Assembly: GCA_018398765.1 (NCBI GenBank)
Contig: JAHBMJ010000165.1
Location: forward strand, 1 to 55,040
Source of the DNA: Chromera velia
Lineage: Eukaryota
Reading direction: 5' to 3'
DNA: 55,040 nucleotides
Part shown: one piece after another, positions 52,238 to 55,040 of the stretch
How positions within the stretch are numbered: position 1 is the stretch's first letter
Layout of the letters: each line of letters begins with the position of its first letter
Notes under the pieces: model-generated
What the model saw: the letters and a program-made list of their open reading frames with translations, nothing else
Told to the model about the DNA's origin: nothing
The model's database searches: none
Program-made: the position numbers and the translations under genes

Positions 52238-53121
52238 ACAGAAGCTCGGGCTGGTTGGTGGACATCGGTTTTCAAACTCGAAGAAATTAAGGCGTGCTTC
52301 GATTTACTGCAGACGGCAAGGTACGGGTGGGGGCAGGGGATGCACGGTCGAGGAGGTGGGCAGGAAGATGCTGTACAGGGGTGCCAGCCCGAGGCAGACT
52401 CTCGGAGAGTGAGATAAAAGATTGAGGAGACGGCAGAGACGCAGACTCAATTGGAAGAAGCTACAGGGTCCAGGTCATCAAAACTGAGCAAAGTACTTGC
52501 CTTGCGAGTGTTGCAACGGCGGCAACGCGTTGAACGCGAAGGAGTCAAGGAATGGGTCATGTTGAAAAGTAGTGAAAAATGTTTTGAAAGTTGACAGCAC
52601 ATTGTTTGAAACGTATTCTTTACAATCGCAGCAAGCCTCAGCCTGGAATTCTTGATCAAAAAGTATGATTTAAGTATCAGAAAGCGACGTACCTAAACTT
52701 TGGGTGGTTTTAAATATATCTAATATCATTCAGTGGTATAAGTGGTAAGTGATTAAACTGTGATTTACTGGTACCCTAGGACACTGTCGCCGTATGCTAA
52801 ATAAAGTTCAAATCGAGGCCTGGCAGTGGACTGCGGGGCAACCCGGAATATCAATCTTATCTTATCCTATAATCCTAAAAAGACATTATGTCATAATGTC
52901 TTTTTATACTAAAATTATATGGTAGAGTTAACGTCTATGTATGTTAACTATGTTAACGTATATATATAGTAAATCAAACCCGTAAAATTAATACTAAGTA
53001 AAATGAACACAATTTTTAATCTTCTAAATGTTGCTAAACTTTAATTCCAATCTGGCTTGTTAAGCTAGTCATTAAGCACATCATCCATAAAAAGATGAAA
53101 TTAGTTCAAAAGCTAAATTAA

Positions 53122-54393
53122 TTTCCCCCACCCAGCACCGCATGTGGCTGAGAGACGTTGCCGCCCTACCGGTCCGACTGCTAGGCCTAGGTATCCTCAA
53201 ACCCACCGAAACAGCGGACAGGGACTACAAGACCTCAGCTGTAACCAGTGAAGCGATCACAGAGGCCATCCTTCGTGGAGAGGGTATAGACGCAGACGAG
53301 CATGTGAAGAAGGGGCAAAAAGCAAGGGCAGCCCACAAAGAAGCAGTAGAGAAGGAGTGGGAGAGGTTAGGCAGCCAGTCAGGGCAGGCAGCCAGTGGGG
53401 ACCAGTGTGAAGATCGAAGTCAGGCAGTCAAAAGAAAAGAGGCAGTCAGGATAGCTGATGGCCACCCCCCTGAAGGAATACGGAATGAATCTCAGCCCAG
53501 ACGAATTCCGGGATACGATGACGATCCAATATCAGGGGAGGGTAGGGGGGGAAAAGAGCAGATGTGAGGGATGTGGGGGAAGGTGGAGTCTGCAACACGC
53601 CCTTAACTACCCAGTAGGGGGACTGCCCACGCTGCGACATGACGAAGTCAATTACATATGGGCGAGTCTATATAGCAGCGGAAGCATACCCCGCAGGAGC
53701 GGTTCATGCAAAGGAGCTGATCATTAGGGAAGAAGGGGAGGTGGAGGGATGTCCGGCGCTAAGGGGGGACTTCCAAGTCCGGGGGGCCTATGCTCCACAG
53801 AGGCTGGCAATTTTCGATACCAGGGTGATAAACCCATACGCCGCCTCGAGGGAGAAGGTGACCTAGACTTAAGCCTTCAAAGCAGCAGCAGAAGAAAAGA
53901 AGAGGAAACATGGGCAAGCAAGCGTGGACAGAGGGTACGACTTCATCCTACTCGTGAGTGCGGTCGACGGGACAATGGAGGGGGAGGCTAAGATGTTCTT
54001 GAAGAGGGTGGCAGAGCGATTGAATGAGAAATGGGGGCAACACGTGAGTAAGACGTGCGGCCGGATCCAAGCCCAACTGCAGATTGCCCACGTGAAAGCG
54101 GCAAGCACGTGCATTCGGGGGACCAGAGGAGTGCAGGGGGAGGGCTGGGAGGAAAGAGGAGTAGGCAGTGCGCTGGTCATGACTGAGGGATAGAAAGTAC
54201 TTAGCAAATACTGAAGAAGGCATTCGGACGGAGGAACGTCAAGTATGAGGTCGCATGAGAGAGAGAACTAGCAGCGAGAGCAGTAACCAGGACAGAAGGA
54301 AGAGACGAAAGACGCATAGGCCAGATGCTAGGAATAAACTTTAAGTCAATGCCCCCCATTTATCCTAGGCGTATCACAGCAAAAAAAAAAAAA
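53122..54393 (+). mobile_element. 5'-truncated, decayed non-LTR retrotransposon (CRE-like, Zn finger + REL endonuclease) with poly(A) tail
   Basis: ALPVRLLGLGI, LSPDEFRD, CEGCG..HAL..GG...[46 protein letters not shown] spread across shifting frames. AATAAA at ~54333 and an A-run at 54381-54393. Confidence 0.88.
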
Positions 54394-54639
54394 TAAAATT
54401 AACTTAAATTATTATTTTTTTTTTTGTGCAACACCTAAACAACACTTGTACAACACTAAAACAACACTTATGCAACACTTGAACAACAGTTGTTTGTCAC
54501 CTAACATCGTCGGGCGAAAAAAAAAAAAACTAAGCGAGGACGGGCTTAAATTATTTTTTTTTTTCTCTGTGATAGGCCTAGAATTTATCAATTCATATAA
54601 TCTTTTTTACTGTTTTAAATGTACAACTAAAAGAAAGTT

Positions 54640-55040
<401 letters not shown>

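Overview
Eukaryotic, intron-rich genomic DNA: GC-rich genes with GT-AG introns full of (GACA)n/(CA)n/(GA)n microsatellites, separated by AT-rich spacers. Style and gene content suggest an alveolate with a complex plastid, most like a chromerid such as Chromera (inference, not confirmed). Genes were spliced by hand. (1) A NUDT17-like Nudix hydrolase (-) with an apparent bipartite plastid-targeting leader. (2) A divergent tRNA-dihydrouridine synthase DUS2 (+). (3) A ~25 kb, ~32-exon gene (-) for a ~3100-aa CRMP-like surface protein: signal peptide, RCC1 repeats, EGF repeats, a PPC-like beta-sandwich, 3 sushi, 2 HYR, a Cys-rich module, a multi-pass TM region and a long tail; it includes a 9-nt microexon. 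(4) A 7.4-kb LTR retroelement with intact ends (4-bp TSD, PBS, PPT) encoding only decayed gag+protease. (5) A hypothetical gene with a receiver-like fold. (6) LSM2. (7) A 5'-truncated non-LTR retrotransposon with a REL endonuclease. The most notable signals are the RCC1-headed CRMP architecture and an almost pure C>T/G>A mutation spectrum in the repeats, suggesting methylation-driven or RIP-like genome defence. Most short ORFs in the supplied track are microsatellite or antisense artefacts. Exon coordinates are manual predictions without RNA evidence.
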